Positions 12,973 to 26,389 of a DNA stretch of 64,000 nucleotides are shown here, piece after piece. The translations under genes and the position numbers were made by a program. Numbering within the stretch: position 1 is the first letter of the stretch; every line of letters starts with the position of its first letter. The notes beneath the pieces are model-generated. The model was not told where the DNA came from and ran no database searches. It saw only the letters and a program-made list of their open reading frames with translations. This stretch comes from Massalongia carnosa (Eukaryota), in assembly GCA_965645245.1 (NCBI GenBank), contig OZ287071.1, positions 1,612,001 through 1,676,000 of the forward strand. Direction: 5' to 3'.

Positions 12973-13755
12973 CTACTCGCTCTCGTCGCTGCAAAACGGA
13001 TCGAAGAAGATAGCATCGTCGTCTAACTCATCATCGTTGGCTGAAAGGGCGTTGAAATCGCTATATATCAGCTCTTCCCCCCCTGGCTCGTGATCATCGT
13101 CTTCGTTGGTAGAATCGTCCTCGTAGTCGAGGGTATCATAATCGGAAAGGCTCAGCGGCGAGCGAAAAGAGGGGGTGTATGAGTACGGAAAAGAGCGGGG
13201 CATGGGAGAAGGCTGCGGTTGCTTTCGATCGTCGTCGGGATCTGTCATGTAGACGTTATCATACATAGAAACCATTTGCGCGAATTCGGCCCGCCGCTGT
13301 TCAGCTTCCTCGGCCGCCAGCCGCTTGATTCGTATGGAATTGAGAAGGGCGGCCTTCTGGAGAATATTCCTTCCGACTACCTTCTGCTGCGCCCACACGC
13401 CAAACCTTAGGGTACTCCGTGTGATAATATGAGTAGGCGGTATCGCGTAGGGCTCACTGAGCCTGGATGTGATTAGGTCCAATCGCAGCCTTCTCTTCTT
13501 CTTCTGGGCATTCTCGGATCCTTCTCCATCGACATCAGCTTGAGGTCGGGGTCGTTTCAGCAGGTGCTGTGGCTCCGAAGTTTGATTTGACAGCTCGAGC
13601 AGAGAGTTTTGTGGCTTTTGCTGCGAATCTAGGACCTGGGTGGTGAGCTGTAGACCTGGAGAGTAAAATTTCCTGGTATGAGGTTCCGAGAAAGAAATAT
13701 CGTTAGGCTTGACCGGGGAAGGGCGAGGTCTGGGATGTTGCCATTCAAAAATCAT
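12973..13755 (-). CDS. Hypothetical fungal protein with basic KKKRRLRLDLITSRLSEPY motif and acidic tail
   Basis: 260-aa intronless ORF with an NLS-like basic block that I recall in Pezizomycotina hypothetical proteins. Confidence 0.65.
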   Translation of the reverse strand: MIFEWQHPRPRPSPVKPNDISFSEPHTRKFYSPGLQLTTQVLDSQQKPQNSLLELSNQTSEPQHLLKRPRPQADVDGEGSENAQKKKRRLRLDLITSRLSEPYAIPPTHIITRSTLRFGVWAQQKVVGRNILQKAALLNSIRIKRLAAEEAEQRRAEFAQMVSMYDNVYMTDPDDDRKQPQPSPMPRSFPYSYTPSFRSPLSLSDYDTLDYEDDSTNEDDDHEPGGEELIYSDFNALSANDDELDDDAIFFDPFCSDESE

Positions 13756-16700
13756 TTCAGCGCACCGTGGTCGATGCCATGGTCATTGATTGCAAGCACT
13801 CGCTCCGTGCATAGGATATTTTGTGTGGGGAAAGGTTGGAATTCACAACCGAACGAGGTGGGCGTGGGCGCGATTTTCATTACATAGCTGCAATCTAAAT
13901 TACCGCCTAGTCTCTAGTTACCCCGGAAGGTTGGCGAGTTTGTGGAGAACCTGGTGAAGGCGTAGTCCACAGCGAATGGGAGGACTGCCGGCTCCCGCGC
14001 AATACCGCCACAAGTGACTCAGGGTCCAGCAGGAAAGGTTCCAGAGAAGGTTTTTCTGACCGAGAAAATCGCCTCGAAACGCTAAGGCGATCATCTGGCA
14101 GTTAATCATCAAGGGGGCCATTCGGAGTTCCATTTGTGACTGACTCGGGAAGACGGGTCCAATGGAGCCGCGAGGTTTCCGCGCGGGCCTCCTGCGGCTG
14201 GCATTCCTTACCGTTGAGCATGCAAGAGACGGCACAAGCTATATTGACAGCATTAGGTTGACACACGAGACATGATCAATTGAAGATCATGTGTTCGTTA
14301 TTGGATTGCAACCCAGAAGGTACTCTGTAGTCCCTTTGCATCAAAGTCGCACCTGTGTCAAAGAAACTCAATAGGGGGTTGACCCCGGTTGAAGCGCGCT
14401 GGAATCCATTATCTCATTATCCTCATCTTTGGAGTTAATGTTGGATTCGGAACATTGGGCTAGATGGACCGGTAGTCAAGGATGGATCATTGGCTGCCTC
14501 GTCCCGCCAGAACGCTTCTCAAACTGCAAAGGGCTTGATTCAGGACACGGGTTGTACAATGTCAGCTTGGAGTGACTAAGGGAAGGTCCTCGTATCCGGG
14601 AAGTTGAATGCACAAGCATTTCTAGATTGAGAATGCGTATGTAGGTAGAGGGAGAGAAGATCTCGTACCTCTCTCGCTATACTTCACTTCACTTGTTCGA
14701 CTCGAATATCAGCTAACTTGAGGTGGTGATTCTTCACGATATCTGAGGGTGGTCGAGAGTATGGTCATGATCATGATCTATATTGCGTCGCATCCAAACC
14801 GAATTACCGAACGAGGAAGTCATGCATCGAGGCTAGACGCTGGAAGAAATGAGGATGGTCGACAGCGCCTCAAGTCATAGGGTCACCTCTTTGAATTTTT
14901 GATACCTAGTCCTTTATTTTTATAGTTCCCTCGGGACTGTCTGACGCCCTGCACAATGTTGATTGTTTACATAACAGCAGCAACAACAATGTCTGCATGT
15001 CGAGCAACTTTGCCGCCTAAGGGACTTCCTGCAAAATTGCGTATTTTGGCCTTAGTCCCTATTGGTCTTTACATCCCCTCAAATCGATTATATGTGAAGC
15101 TAACTAATAGTGTTAGAACTGCTGCAAAGCAGGGCGAAATGTGCTTGAATCACGCAATCGAGTGGTTCAGCTTGTTGGATTCCAGCTAGGTGAGGAAAGT
15201 TCGTTAGGAACGATGAACAATAACAGGATTTTCCTTGCAAGAAAAGGTATTAACAGCCGGAAAGATATCGGTTTTTTGGGTTGACATGTAGCTGGATATT
15301 CTCCGTCTCCTGGTGCCGAAAATTTTTTCACCAAAGGGCTTTTCGCACTCCATCACTCTATACATTTTCAGCCTCTAAAAGCTCAAACGATGAACACTCA
15401 GGCATCATCCCTTGCGCCTGATTGTCACATACAAACTCACATGTTCATAAGACCTCTAGTCGTTATCTTGAAGCTATCTTTATATATAGAGTTTTACTTG
15501 GCCATCAGTACTATTTCAGTCACCAAATCTTGGTTTCTCTGCTCCTTCTCTCAAAGTTGGCCTTCACATTCCCCGTCTACCATACACAATGAAATCTAAA
15601 TATTTTGCTTATGGTCAAAAGAAAGCTTAACTATATGTCAACAAGGCTGCAGAAAGCATCGCAACCTGGACCATGACTTTGCATTCGAAATGGAAGGCAC
15701 AACCATGATCGGTAGCATGAGGTCGTACAAACTACGACCGTGCACCTGGTGCGCATAAAGAGACTCAGTCCTCAGAATGTACATGCCTCCCTGCAACATT
15801 GAAACAGCATTTCCTAGATTCTGGGGTCGGGGTTGCATACCGATTTGTATCCTTGGATCTCAATCTCTCACTCGCAGCTGTTGTGCACGTACAATGGCGT
15901 TGGCAAGCGAGATTTCCAAAGCTGAATAGGGGCTAAAGCGAGGTGGTTCACTACCAACTCGAAATGACAGCAATTCGTCTTCGCCTTTTATTTTCGCAAT
16001 GCGAGAAACGTACGACTTAAGATACTTTCCATTGAGAGTAACAAACTCTAGGAAGTAGCTAGCTTTCTTGACGGAGTCCTAACACAGTTTTCAGAGAACG
16101 GATTGTACTCATCATTTCTGCCAGTGTGGCTGATGAACAGAGATTGTTCAATGATAGGTTGCTATGGACCAAATGAACACTTATATTTACTTCAACAAAT
16201 TTCCCCTTGGTGGCTGCCATTTCTGTTGATGGCTGAGTCCTTGAGATTCCCGAGTCAACGGAAAATAGCTGACTAATTCAATGACATCGGCTGGTCTGCG
16301 CTCATGGCTGCAACCTGAGATTTCTCGTGAACAAAGCCAGATGAGTCTAGTTCTCATATCGGGTCTTTAGTTCTCTGCACACATATTATTGGGACATGAT
16401 TCCTCATTCACGAATAGAAGCACCGCATCTAATATCGGACATTCGCCGCGATTTTGTGTTTGACTATCTATAGGCGGCCTTTTCTCTCGCGGGTGATGTG
16501 CTGCTTCGTCAAACCTACAATTGTCGATCAAATTTCAGCGTCTATCCCATTTATAATTAATGACCTATATTGCCAGGCGTTCCCCCCAAAGTGCCTTTAG
16601 AAGAAGATCAATCATACACCCAAAACCTATCAAGTGCTTTATCTCTGGGCTTCATTCTATACCTAGCCCCTGATTCGTTTTCAGTGCCTATGGCTATTTA

Positions 16701-17492
16701 TACAGAGCCTAAAGCTTTTCTCTTACCTTTTCAAAGGGGAAGATAAAGGAGGTTAATAGATCACCAATATCATTTCGATACTCCGGGACAACAGATTGAC
16801 CAGTTTAATGATATAAGAGTTATTTCGAAATGCGCATTGTACTCTAAATAACATTGTGGAAATTTTATACAGTTTTAGTGTGCTGGCTGTTGTGTAAAAA
16901 ATCCAGCAGCACGGAGTAATCTAGCATGATTGGATACATACCTAGGTACGTCTTTGAAATGGTTCAGACGCGCCATGGTGACACTGATGGTTTGGTGTCA
17001 CAACTCTTATAGGTATGAGTTATGTACTATGGTCCTCGGAGGGCTTTTTTGTTAGCGCGGTACAAACACGGATAAAAGCGCACTAATATTTTGTGCAGAA
17101 GGATGATTGGTCGATACATGTAAAACTGTCACCACCCCTATATGTAGCGCTAACAAAAGTACAGTACAGGACGGCAGCGGATAAACTAATAGAGAGTACG
17201 GAGTATTTATTCCCGTTTCTCTTCGGCTTTTGCGATGCCGGTACTCGGTTATTTTGACGTTTTGTGTGGTGGGTGTTTCGGCCTTCTGCATCCTATAACC
17301 CAACTCATCTGTCACTGATACTGTCTATGTCAGCTTCACCAATTGATTGAGTGTATCAGTGCATCATATCCACAGACAACCAGGACCTGCGGATGCTTTA
17401 CTCGTTATGATTTCATACAATCATCACTGATTACATACTCGGTACAGTTATTGCAAAACCCCAACATTCCGGATCGGCCCATCACAAATCCT

Positions 17493-20400
17493 ATGGCGGA
17501 GGTTCTACCACGGATCAACCTTTCAAGTGGTGGTTCCATCCCCGCTTCTCCAGTGAAGTCATCGAATATGAATAGCATCGAGGCGCCAGAAAACGCGAGG
17601 CAAAACGCCGCTGCTTTACGTGAAGGTGAGAGCGATCCTGCGCGAACGGAACGAGAATGCTAAGGATGCACATAGCGCGACACGACTCCGCGCAGAATCT
17701 ATCAGTCAAGAGTAGTTCAAATGGAAATCTACAAAGTTCGATTACAATTCCGGAGCAAAACAGCAGCTTGCAGACCGCCCTTGATCCCTTGTCCAAGGTA
17801 TGTTGACAGCTGGTGAGGGTATGGTGGTGGCGGAGCTGGTTAATGTTGAGGGATTCAGCATATTCTAAAGCGCACACATACGCAAACAATAGTTGCGCAA
17901 AAGACGCGCAATGGTATCCCATCTGATGCAGATTCTGGCGCGCCCGAAGCCAGCTTGGATTCGGCTCGGACTTCGTTGGAGCGGGCAATCGTACAAGGAG
18001 ATACCTCAACCTCCGCGGGAAGGGAAAAAAAGTAGGTAGCCTTAGCACTCCTAATGTTCCGCTCCATTCTGGGTTTCACGGGAATTAAGTCTGAACCGAA
18101 TTTCGCTCATGCTGACGTACACCTTCCCGGTTTAGAAAAGGTGTCTCATTCCTCAGCAGATTCATCGGTTCTAAGAAGAAAGATACGCCAGTTGAGGCGA
18201 ATGACGAGGATACTGAGGTTGGTGATCGCAGGACGGAGGGAATGGATGCGGATGTCTTCTCACAGCCGATTGGGTTCATACCCCGATTCCCTGCACCGCC
18301 CAAATACATCAAAGTGCGCTCACATGGCAAGAAAGTGAAAGATTTCAACCGCGTGTTCTTGGCACAAGAATTGAGGGGGAGGACTGGTGTTGAGATTGCG
18401 CAGGCTGGGGGCCGGTTAGTCAAGAATGGATTTAACCCTGGAGAGGCGAGAAAAGAAGGAAGCGCGGTCTGGGCGATGGAGTTTTCAAAGGATGGGAAAT
18501 ACCTTGCCGCTGGAGGCCAGGATTATGTCGTTCGCGTTTGGGCGGTCATTTCGACTGCCGAAGAGCGCCGCGCGCATGAGACTGAAGAAGACGCCGAGGG
18601 GAAAGACGGCGAGAGTGTACGGTTAAACGCGCCAGTCTTTCAAACCAAAACTGTGCAAGAATATGGAGGCCATACCGCAAGCATCCTAGATTTGAGCTGG
18701 AGCAAGGTAGGCTTACCTGGGCTGATCTCAGCATATGGCAAGTTCTGACTGAAGTAGAATAGTTTTCTCCTGTCTTCCTCGATGGATAAGACTGTGCGGC
18801 TTTGGCATGTTACCCGGACCGAGTGCTTATGCTGTTTCAAGCATAGCGATTTTGTGACATCAATCCAATTTCACCCGCGCGATGATCGGTTTTTTCTGGC
18901 TGGGTCGTTGGATTCCAAGCTTCGTTTATGGAGCATACCCGATAAGAGTGTCGCATTCTGGAGTCAACTGCCAGATCTTATTACCGCTGTTGCCTTTGCT
19001 CCGGATGGAAAGACGGCGATAGCTGGATGCCTCAATGGCCTTTGTCTTTTCTACGAAACCGAAGGTCTCAAGTATCAAACGCAAATTCTAGTACGGTCAA
19101 CCCACGGCAAGAACGCTAAAGGAAGCAAAGTCACAGGCATCAAAGCCATGCACTATCCTCCAGATGATCCAAATGGGGAAGTCAAGCTTTTGATTACGAG
19201 CAATGATTCTCGAGTGCGAGTTTATAACCTCCGAGATAAAGGTCTCGAGATCAAGCTCAGAGGGCACGAAAACGCTTGCAGCCAGATCCATGCATCTTTC
19301 AGTGACGATGCCAAGTATGTGATATGTGGTAGTGAAGATCGAAAGGTGTATATATGGTCGACAGGGCCGCCAGAAGGCGACAAGGACAAACGACCGGTCG
19401 AGACGTTCGAGGCGCACTCAGCTATCGTTACTACTGCCATCATCGCTCCGATCAAAACAAGACAGCTACTAGGCGCTTCCAGCGACCCTCTGTACGACCT
19501 CTGTAACCCTCCCCCGGTAACTCTGATCAGCCGAACGGATTCTCGGTCGTCTTCCAAACCGGCAACAGATGATGGTTCTCGCCTGGACGTCAGCGTGCCA
19601 CCCACTCCTGCAGCAACCGACTTTAGCCACGCATCCAAACCAGAAGGCTCCCCCGCCTATATCGCTCGCTCCGTTCACCCAGACGGCAACATCATCGTGA
19701 CGGCTGACTTCATGGGTCGCATCAAAGTCTTCCGCCAAGACTGCGCCTATCAGAAGCGTCTCCGCAACAACGATGCCAACTTTTCCAAGAAAATGCTGGG
19801 TCGCAGCAACTCGGTGGCCACCCGTAATAGCAAAGGCTCCCGCCGCGACTCTCTCTCCACCACGAACAATCACCCGTCGTCGGACAGGATCCTCTCATGG
19901 CGACAATCCATCGCTAGCAACAATGGCTCAATCGATAACGTCCAGCCCGCCCAACGGTCCGTCTCCCCTCGGAAACCCCTCAGCCACGCCATTCACCAAT
20001 CTCCCCGTCTTCCTGCCACCGCGACCCCACCCTTCATCTCCACCACCTCCCCACCCCGTAGCTCCCACCCGTCCTCGGATGACTTCAAACCCCAGCCTTC
20101 ATACCAAAACGGTAACCCTATCCCCACCACGGCGCCCGTTCTGGAAGCCAAAAAACCGTACTCCGCCGTCCCAGCCCACAATCCGGACATCGACCCCCTC
20201 ATGCTCCAAGGCGACCATTCCTACATGTTCTGGAACAAACAACAATACCGCCCCCACCCCCCCACCATCTCTCCCATCTCCCCCACCGCGTCTCGCCATC
20301 ACAACCACCATCATCCTCAGCATCTCAACCCCTCCTCCAGCCCTCTCGATCCGCAATCTCCCAACGGTCCTAGATCCCGCTCGCGCGGCACGAGCGCCAG

Positions 20401-20611
20401 CAGTATCGGCACCGGTAGCGGCACCGGTAGCGGCGCCGCCCCAAATTCCCGGCAGCCGAGTGCGAGGAGTGCCCTCAGCAGCGAGGAGAGCGCCGGGGAG
20501 GAAGGTGGGGAGGGCGGCGAGGTAAGGTGTCGGCGGTGCGGCAGCGGGACGTTTCGTGCCAGGGGTCGGGGGAGAAGGTTGGAGTGTGGGGTTTGCGGGG
20601 AGGTTGTTTGA
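17493..20611 (+). CDS. WD40-repeat protein, WDR44/Laf1(YMR102C)/Dgr2-like, with C-terminal C4 zinc ribbon
   Basis: Multi-exon; VWAMEFSKDGKYLAAGGQD, GHTASILDLSWSK, SSMDKTVRLWH, FVTSIQFHPRDDRFFLAGSLDSKLRLW; terminal CRRC..CGVC. Confidence 0.9.
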
Positions 20612-21162
20612 AGTTAGAGTTTTTTTTTTTTTTAAAAAAAAAAACCTCTCTCAAAGAGTTGTGATGGGGGCGAGGGCGGGGGCGGCTTGGTTAGTAATGG
20701 TGTCCATGGTGTCCCATGCATACGTTCTTGGACATTTCGGGGGAACCAGGGTCTGTAAACGGCCAGATCAGGGGGGGGGGCAGGAATAGACCTTTTGCCG
20801 CTGAATGGAAATTTCACGAACGTTAGTTCGTCTTTGTTACGGAGTCTAGCTTGCATGATCTCTTTCTTTCTGTTCACATACATGTGGTTCTGCACACCGG
20901 ATGCATATATAGGCATACATGGAAAAAGGGGTGGGGAGCGATTGGAACGCTTTTGTTGCTAGAGGATGTAGGAACGGAGTGGAGTGGAAAGCAAAGATGC
21001 AATGGCGAGGTGATGCGAAACAGAAAACCGCGGAAAATGCTGCGCTTTCGGGGGGTTTTGAAATATCACCCCAACGTATCACTCGCTCCCTTGACTAGGG
21101 TATAAATCTCCAACCTTGCGTTATCATATAAACAAAGACTTTGTTGGTGGGAAACTAACCCT

Positions 21163-22333
21163 TTAATCCCTTCCCCCCAAATCTCGAACCCCCACATACT
21201 CATCCGGCAGCCAAAACACCACCTCCCGGTCTCCTGTGGCAATCATGTTATACCTTGGATTCCACTCGCAAACCGCCACCCTTCCCCGATGCGGCAGCGC
21301 TGCCATCGGCCTCAACACCTTCCTGTCGCCGCCCTCCTCCACCACCGTTCCCTGGGTATCCCATACTACCGCGTCGTGATCTCCGCCAGAGCCGCCAACC
21401 AGGTAGCGCCCGTCAGCGCTGAAGCAGACATCGCCTTGGCCTAGGGGGCCCTGCGAGGAGCCGGGAGCCGGGCGCGATGAAATGAAGGAGGGGTTGGTTA
21501 AATGGTGGGTGCAGTAGGCTTTCAAATGGCCCTTGAACGCGTCGAGGAGGATGTGGCCCGTTGACGCGGAGGTGGCAAGGAGGAGTGATTTACCGTCGTT
21601 TGAGAACTCGAGTTTAGTCCACGTAGGGGGTGAGGAGGAAGGAGAGAGATGACGTAGATCAAAAGTGGAAAAGGGGGGTTTGTCGTAGTTTCGTAAGTCG
21701 TAGAGGAGGATGGAGGAGGTCGAGGAAGATGCAATAGCGATTACTGTAGCGGAGGGATCGTAAGCTGCTAGGTGTGGAGTGGAAAGGTTGAGGCGCGCTT
21801 GCGCCGAAGGGGAGGAAAGGTTCCAGAGCCGCACGGTATTGTCAAGGGAACAAGAAAGAAACTTGTCTGAAGAAGGGTCGAGGGCGAGGGCAGTGACGGG
21901 CGCAGTGTGTCCTTTGAAGTAACGCAGGTATTGGAAATCATGCGTGGAGAGGTAACGGATCGTTTCGTCGGTTTTAGTACTGGCGTAAAGGATGGACTGT
22001 GAGTGGTGGGTGAAACGGGCGAGGTGCGCGCCGTATTTTTTGGAGAGTAATTCTTTGATATGTTTTCCTTCTTTGGCGTTGTACAATTGGAGGGAGTCGT
22101 CGTCGCAAGCTGCCACAAGAAATTCCCCCGAATCGTCAAAGTCAAGGGAAGTTACTGAAGTTTCCGGTGTGGAGAGTTTGAAAAGCTGCGGTGATGTCAG
22201 TTCCACAGTTGTTTAAGCGGCAAGCTTATTGAACTCTCACCTTGACGGGTCTAAATTTTCCAATGACTTCAGATGTCTTTTGCATGGGAGGCCCGCCGGG
22301 TGGAGGAGGGGGAACCACAAGTGGGCCTGCCAT
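21163..22333 (-). CDS. SWD2: COMPASS/CPF WD40 subunit Swd2 (WDR82)
   Basis: Exon 1 ends EVIGKFRPVK, then VTSLDFDDSGE, LLSKKYGAHLARFTH, IRYLSTHDFQYLRYFKGH, LYDLRNYDKPPF, KLEFSNDGK. Confidence 0.93.
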
Positions 22334-22900
22334 CCTGTGCTCGTTGGAGAGCTCTTTTGCTCTGGCAAGAAACTCTAGGGAGATAGAGAATGACCATGAG
22401 ATCGAGGTATAAGCAAGCCTTTAGGTCAAGATATTAAAGACAAGAACAAACGATGGACTTGGTGAGCTGCTCAGAAGCTATAACCTTCACCTGAAAGTCC
22501 TTTGTATAAAGTAGAAGGGCCGAGGGGCACGGTAGCGGGAAAAGCGCGTGCGTATCCAGACTAGCGCGGCATGTGTGGCGTATAGTTATGTGGCGTACTC
22601 GGTACATGGCCTGCGAGTCATGTAATACTGCGCTAGTGCAGCCCTATTCAAAAGCTGAAAATTAGCACTTACTAAAATAAGTAATCGTCGAACTACAACC
22701 CAACATCCTGAGCAATCTTTCTTGTATGTCATTTGTCAGGTTACGATGCGGTTGCCTGTTCGCTCAATGCAAACGGGCTTGAAGTCTTGGTGATGCCGTC
22801 GCCCACGGTGTTGTTTTCCGTCGTTACACACTATAAGTCAAAAGGTAGTGGATAGAGCAAGTAAGCACAGAGCTTGCGTGAGTTGAAGGAAGCGCGAAGG

Positions 22901-24143
22901 ATGTCCACAACCACTGGGTAACTATATACCACCGTGCTCAACGTTTTAAAGAAGACTGCTGAGAATAGTCATAATCTAGTGCATTCATTGCCGGCGGTCT
23001 GGCAGCATGTGGAGCAGTTACCGTCACCCACCCTTTCGAAACCGTCAAGATCCGGTAGGCTCGACGATTTCCCCGGTTCTATTAACCACAGAGATACGAG
23101 GCTGATTCGCGCTTTCTATGGGCAGACTGCAGCTACAGGGAGAACTACAATCCAAAAAAGCGGCGCCGCGGTTGTACAAAGGGGTTTTCCACGGCGTCAG
23201 CGTTATATTGAAAAATGAAGGACCCAAAGGATTATTCCGTGGGATTGGCGGGGCAGTATGCGTTTTCACGGTCATTTTTGCGCCAATGCTTTGCGACTGA
23301 AATATCTGTCAGTACATATACCAAATGATCCTTAACGGCTGCCGTCTTGGCTTCTACGAACCCCTCCGCAAAGGCGTGACGACAGCTATTTTCAAAGACG
23401 CCAATATTCAATCCCTAGGTGTCAACATATTCTCCGGCGCCGCCTCGGGCGTACTAGGCGCCGCGGCCGGCTCTCCCTTCTTTCTTGTCAAAACCCGCTT
23501 GCAATCCTTCTCGCCCTTCCTCCCTGTGGGCACACAACACGGATACAAGAACTCGGCCGACGGCTTACAGAAAATTCAGCGGAACGAGGGCTTTCGGGGA
23601 CTTTATCGGGGGGTGAGCGCGGCCATGGTGCGCACTGGGTTTGGCAGCAGCGTCCAATTGCCCACGTATTTCTTTGCGAAAAGGAGATTGGTGCGGCACT
23701 TGGGAATGGGCGAGGGCCCAGCCTTGCATCTGGCCAGCAGCGCCGTAAGCGGCTTCGTCGTCTGCTGCGTCATGCATCCTCCAGGTGTGTCTAGCTACCA
23801 TACCATTCACTCCACGTGATTTACTTCCCTATCCCTTCCATCTTCGTAGCATCCCTGTGTCTCAAAAAAGCTAACTCAATCTCCCCGCCCGGTCGTTCAT
23901 GAAGACACGATAATGTCCCGGATGTACAACCAGAGCGGAAACCTCTACACCGGCGTTTGGGACTGCCTGTCCAAAACCGTGCGCACCGAGGGTCTCCTCG
24001 CCATCTACAAGGGCTTCAACGCCCACCTGGCGCGCATCCTGCCGCATACCATCCTCACCCTCTCCCTAGCCGAGCAGACGAACAAATTGGTCCGGCGGGT
24101 GGAGGGGAGGGTGTTGCCGGCGGCGTTGGGGGAGAGGATTTAA
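22901..24143 (+). CDS. OAC1: Mitochondrial oxaloacetate carrier
   Basis: MSTTTG|AFIAGGLAACGAVTVTHPFETVKIR|LQLQGEL, LNGCRLGFYEP, GSPFFLVKTRLQ, RTGFGSSVQL, MHPPDTIMSRMYNQ, ARILPHTILTL; four introns. Confidence 0.95.
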
Positions 24144-25163
24144 GCGTTGGGTTTTTGGAAGGGGCTTCCCCTTCAGGTAGAGGGTTTGCGGCAGGGGATG
24201 GATAGATCGATGAGAGCATGGGGAGAAGAGAGAAGGCAGGGGGAGACATGTGACTCCGAAGCATTTATGCGGGGAATTCCCAGGGTATTTTTGGTTTGGA
24301 AAAATATATCCGGGCGATGGGACTGCATCTGGATCGAGATTTCAGTTAATCCGAGCTCTCCATCTCACGTGACCAGGAAGGCACGTAGCACCTCTCTACA
24401 CCTACAGCCGAAGCAGGTGGAGGAAGATCTGCAAAACATAGAGGAGGACATGTGCGATTTTCTGATTTATTTTCTCTTTCTCTTTTTGGCTGAAGATCTG
24501 GCCTGGGTACCCGCTGGCCAGACAGCGGCGGGATATAGAAGAACAGATAGAAACATAGAACTATAGACAGCCAGACTAGCGACCACCACACATCCATCCC
24601 TCACCCGGCGTTCATTTGTTCGTTTGTCCTTTCCTTTCCCGTTACACATACTAATGATCAACTACCCAAACAGGTCTTCTCAGAATCTCAACTTCCCCGA
24701 TCCCGCCAAATTTGGCCGAGCCTGTTGAAGGGGGGGGCCAGCCACATATCCGAGTTGAGTCGAGCCGAGCCTGTCCAGAAGGGAATAGTCATAGGCTGTA
24801 GGCCGGCAAAGGTCGGCTTTCCTTATTAGGTAAGGAGATCGAGTTCGGGTTCTGGTTTAGGGTTCCTTCGCTTTCTTTCTCTCCAGAGCGGCCTAAGTGG
24901 GTAGGTAGGTAGCGAGGGGAGAAATAGCGTTTACGTATTCCCTGTTCTGTGACGAATTAGGTAGCTGTTCACCCTCCTCTCTATCCTCTAGTCTCCCCGT
25001 ATCGATGAAGGGCAGCCTAATCAAGGTGGTCAGGATTCCAACTTACATATATCCCCCGCCCATTGCCCTTTCCGCTCCCCCTGGCGCTGGCAGGGAAAGA
25101 GGCATCTTCCCATCCCTTTTCTCTATCCACCCCGCGCCGTCCAACCGTTTCACAGAAAAGCAG

Positions 25164-26389
25164 TCAGAACACCCTCCTCCTCCAAGCCCAATATGCCCTC
25201 CATGGCAACCTCCACTCCCTCCCCCGCAAACCCTCATCGAATACGTTGAAATTAACCTTTTCCAGCCGTTCCAGCCACAGCCCGGTAGCCACAGCAGGCA
25301 TCAGCGCGCCAAACGCCCGCTCTACATCTTTAGCCCATCCGTCTCCCTTGACATCGATGTCGTACGTATGGCTCTCCTTGCCTTCGTAGATGTGCCCCTC
25401 CTCGCCCTCATGCTCGTACGCATGCCCCACGGCTCGGCCCGCACGCAATTCGTGCAGCATCTGCCTGGCCGTGATCAAGTGATCTGACGCACGAGTCGCG
25501 ACAGCGAAGACGGCATCCCGCAAGCCCGGGGCGGCGGCCCCAAGGCGAAGAATGTCTTCTTCGCGCACACCCGTGGCGGCCATGACGTCGAGAGGGAGAG
25601 TGACAGTGCCTTGACGGGCGGCGCTTGGGTTTGGACTTTTGGAATGATGGTTGGGAGGCGGTGGGAAGGCGAGGAGGGGAATTCCACGCAGGACGGCGGC
25701 GATGCCGGATGCCTTTCCAATGTGGGAGGCTAGATGGTCGGCGGGGAGGGACGAGAGCGGGAGGGCGGAGAGGGTAAGGTAGAGAAGGATAGAGTAGGTG
25801 TTTTCGGCGTATTGCTCCAGGGCGGAGAGGGTAGGATATGGGGGGTTAGAGAGATATTGCTCACGCGCGGAGATAAGGCGGAGAAACCAAGTTTTTGAGA
25901 GCTGCGCACTTCCGGAGGGCGTACGTGCGGCAAGGGTGGCAATGGCATGCGAGAGGAGGATGGGGACAGGGTGCTTGGCAGGGTGGCCAGCAAAGGCGGA
26001 AGTTAGATTGTCGCGCCAGAATTGAAGGCGCATGCGGCCGATGGTGGGGGTGGAGGTTGTGTCGGGGATGCGGGCAAGTTCGATATTGAGGGCACGAATG
26101 GCGAGGTAGGCTGCTCTAGCGGGGGCGGGGATGAAGGTTTGGAGGGTGAAAGAAGGGGAATCATATTTTCTAAAAAGCATAGAGTCAGTCCTGCGTACAC
26201 GCGGGCTTGGGGAGAGGGTGGGGGGAGGGTTAACTGGAGGAGACTAGAGCAGTAATTTTTGGCAGATTGGACTTCTGATTCCAATATTCTGGTAGAAGGA
26301 GTGGTGCTATATGAAGAGAGCTTGATTGAGAAAAGTGAAGAAGATATTTGTTTTAGCCGCATTCGAGGGCCCATACATATTGAAGACAT
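25164..26389 (-). CDS. NDUFAF6: Complex I assembly factor NDUFAF6 (squalene/phytoene synthase-like)
   Basis: AKNYCSSLL|RKYD, AYLAIRALNIELARIPD, GRMRLQFWRD, LEQYAENTYS, DHLASHIGKASGI; N-terminal mitochondrial-like presequence; exact start Met uncertain. Confidence 0.88.

Noticed and set aside
16934..17050. Canonical U1 snRNA gene
   Set aside because: The 5' end differs (ACATAC versus ACTTAC), and the GATCA and ATTGCAC loops and an internal Sm site are missing; kept only as an ncRNA candidate.
25164..26389. Terpene biosynthetic cluster around a phytoene-synthase-like gene
   Set aside because: The motifs match the housekeeping complex I assembly factor NDUFAF6, and there are no tailoring enzymes nearby.
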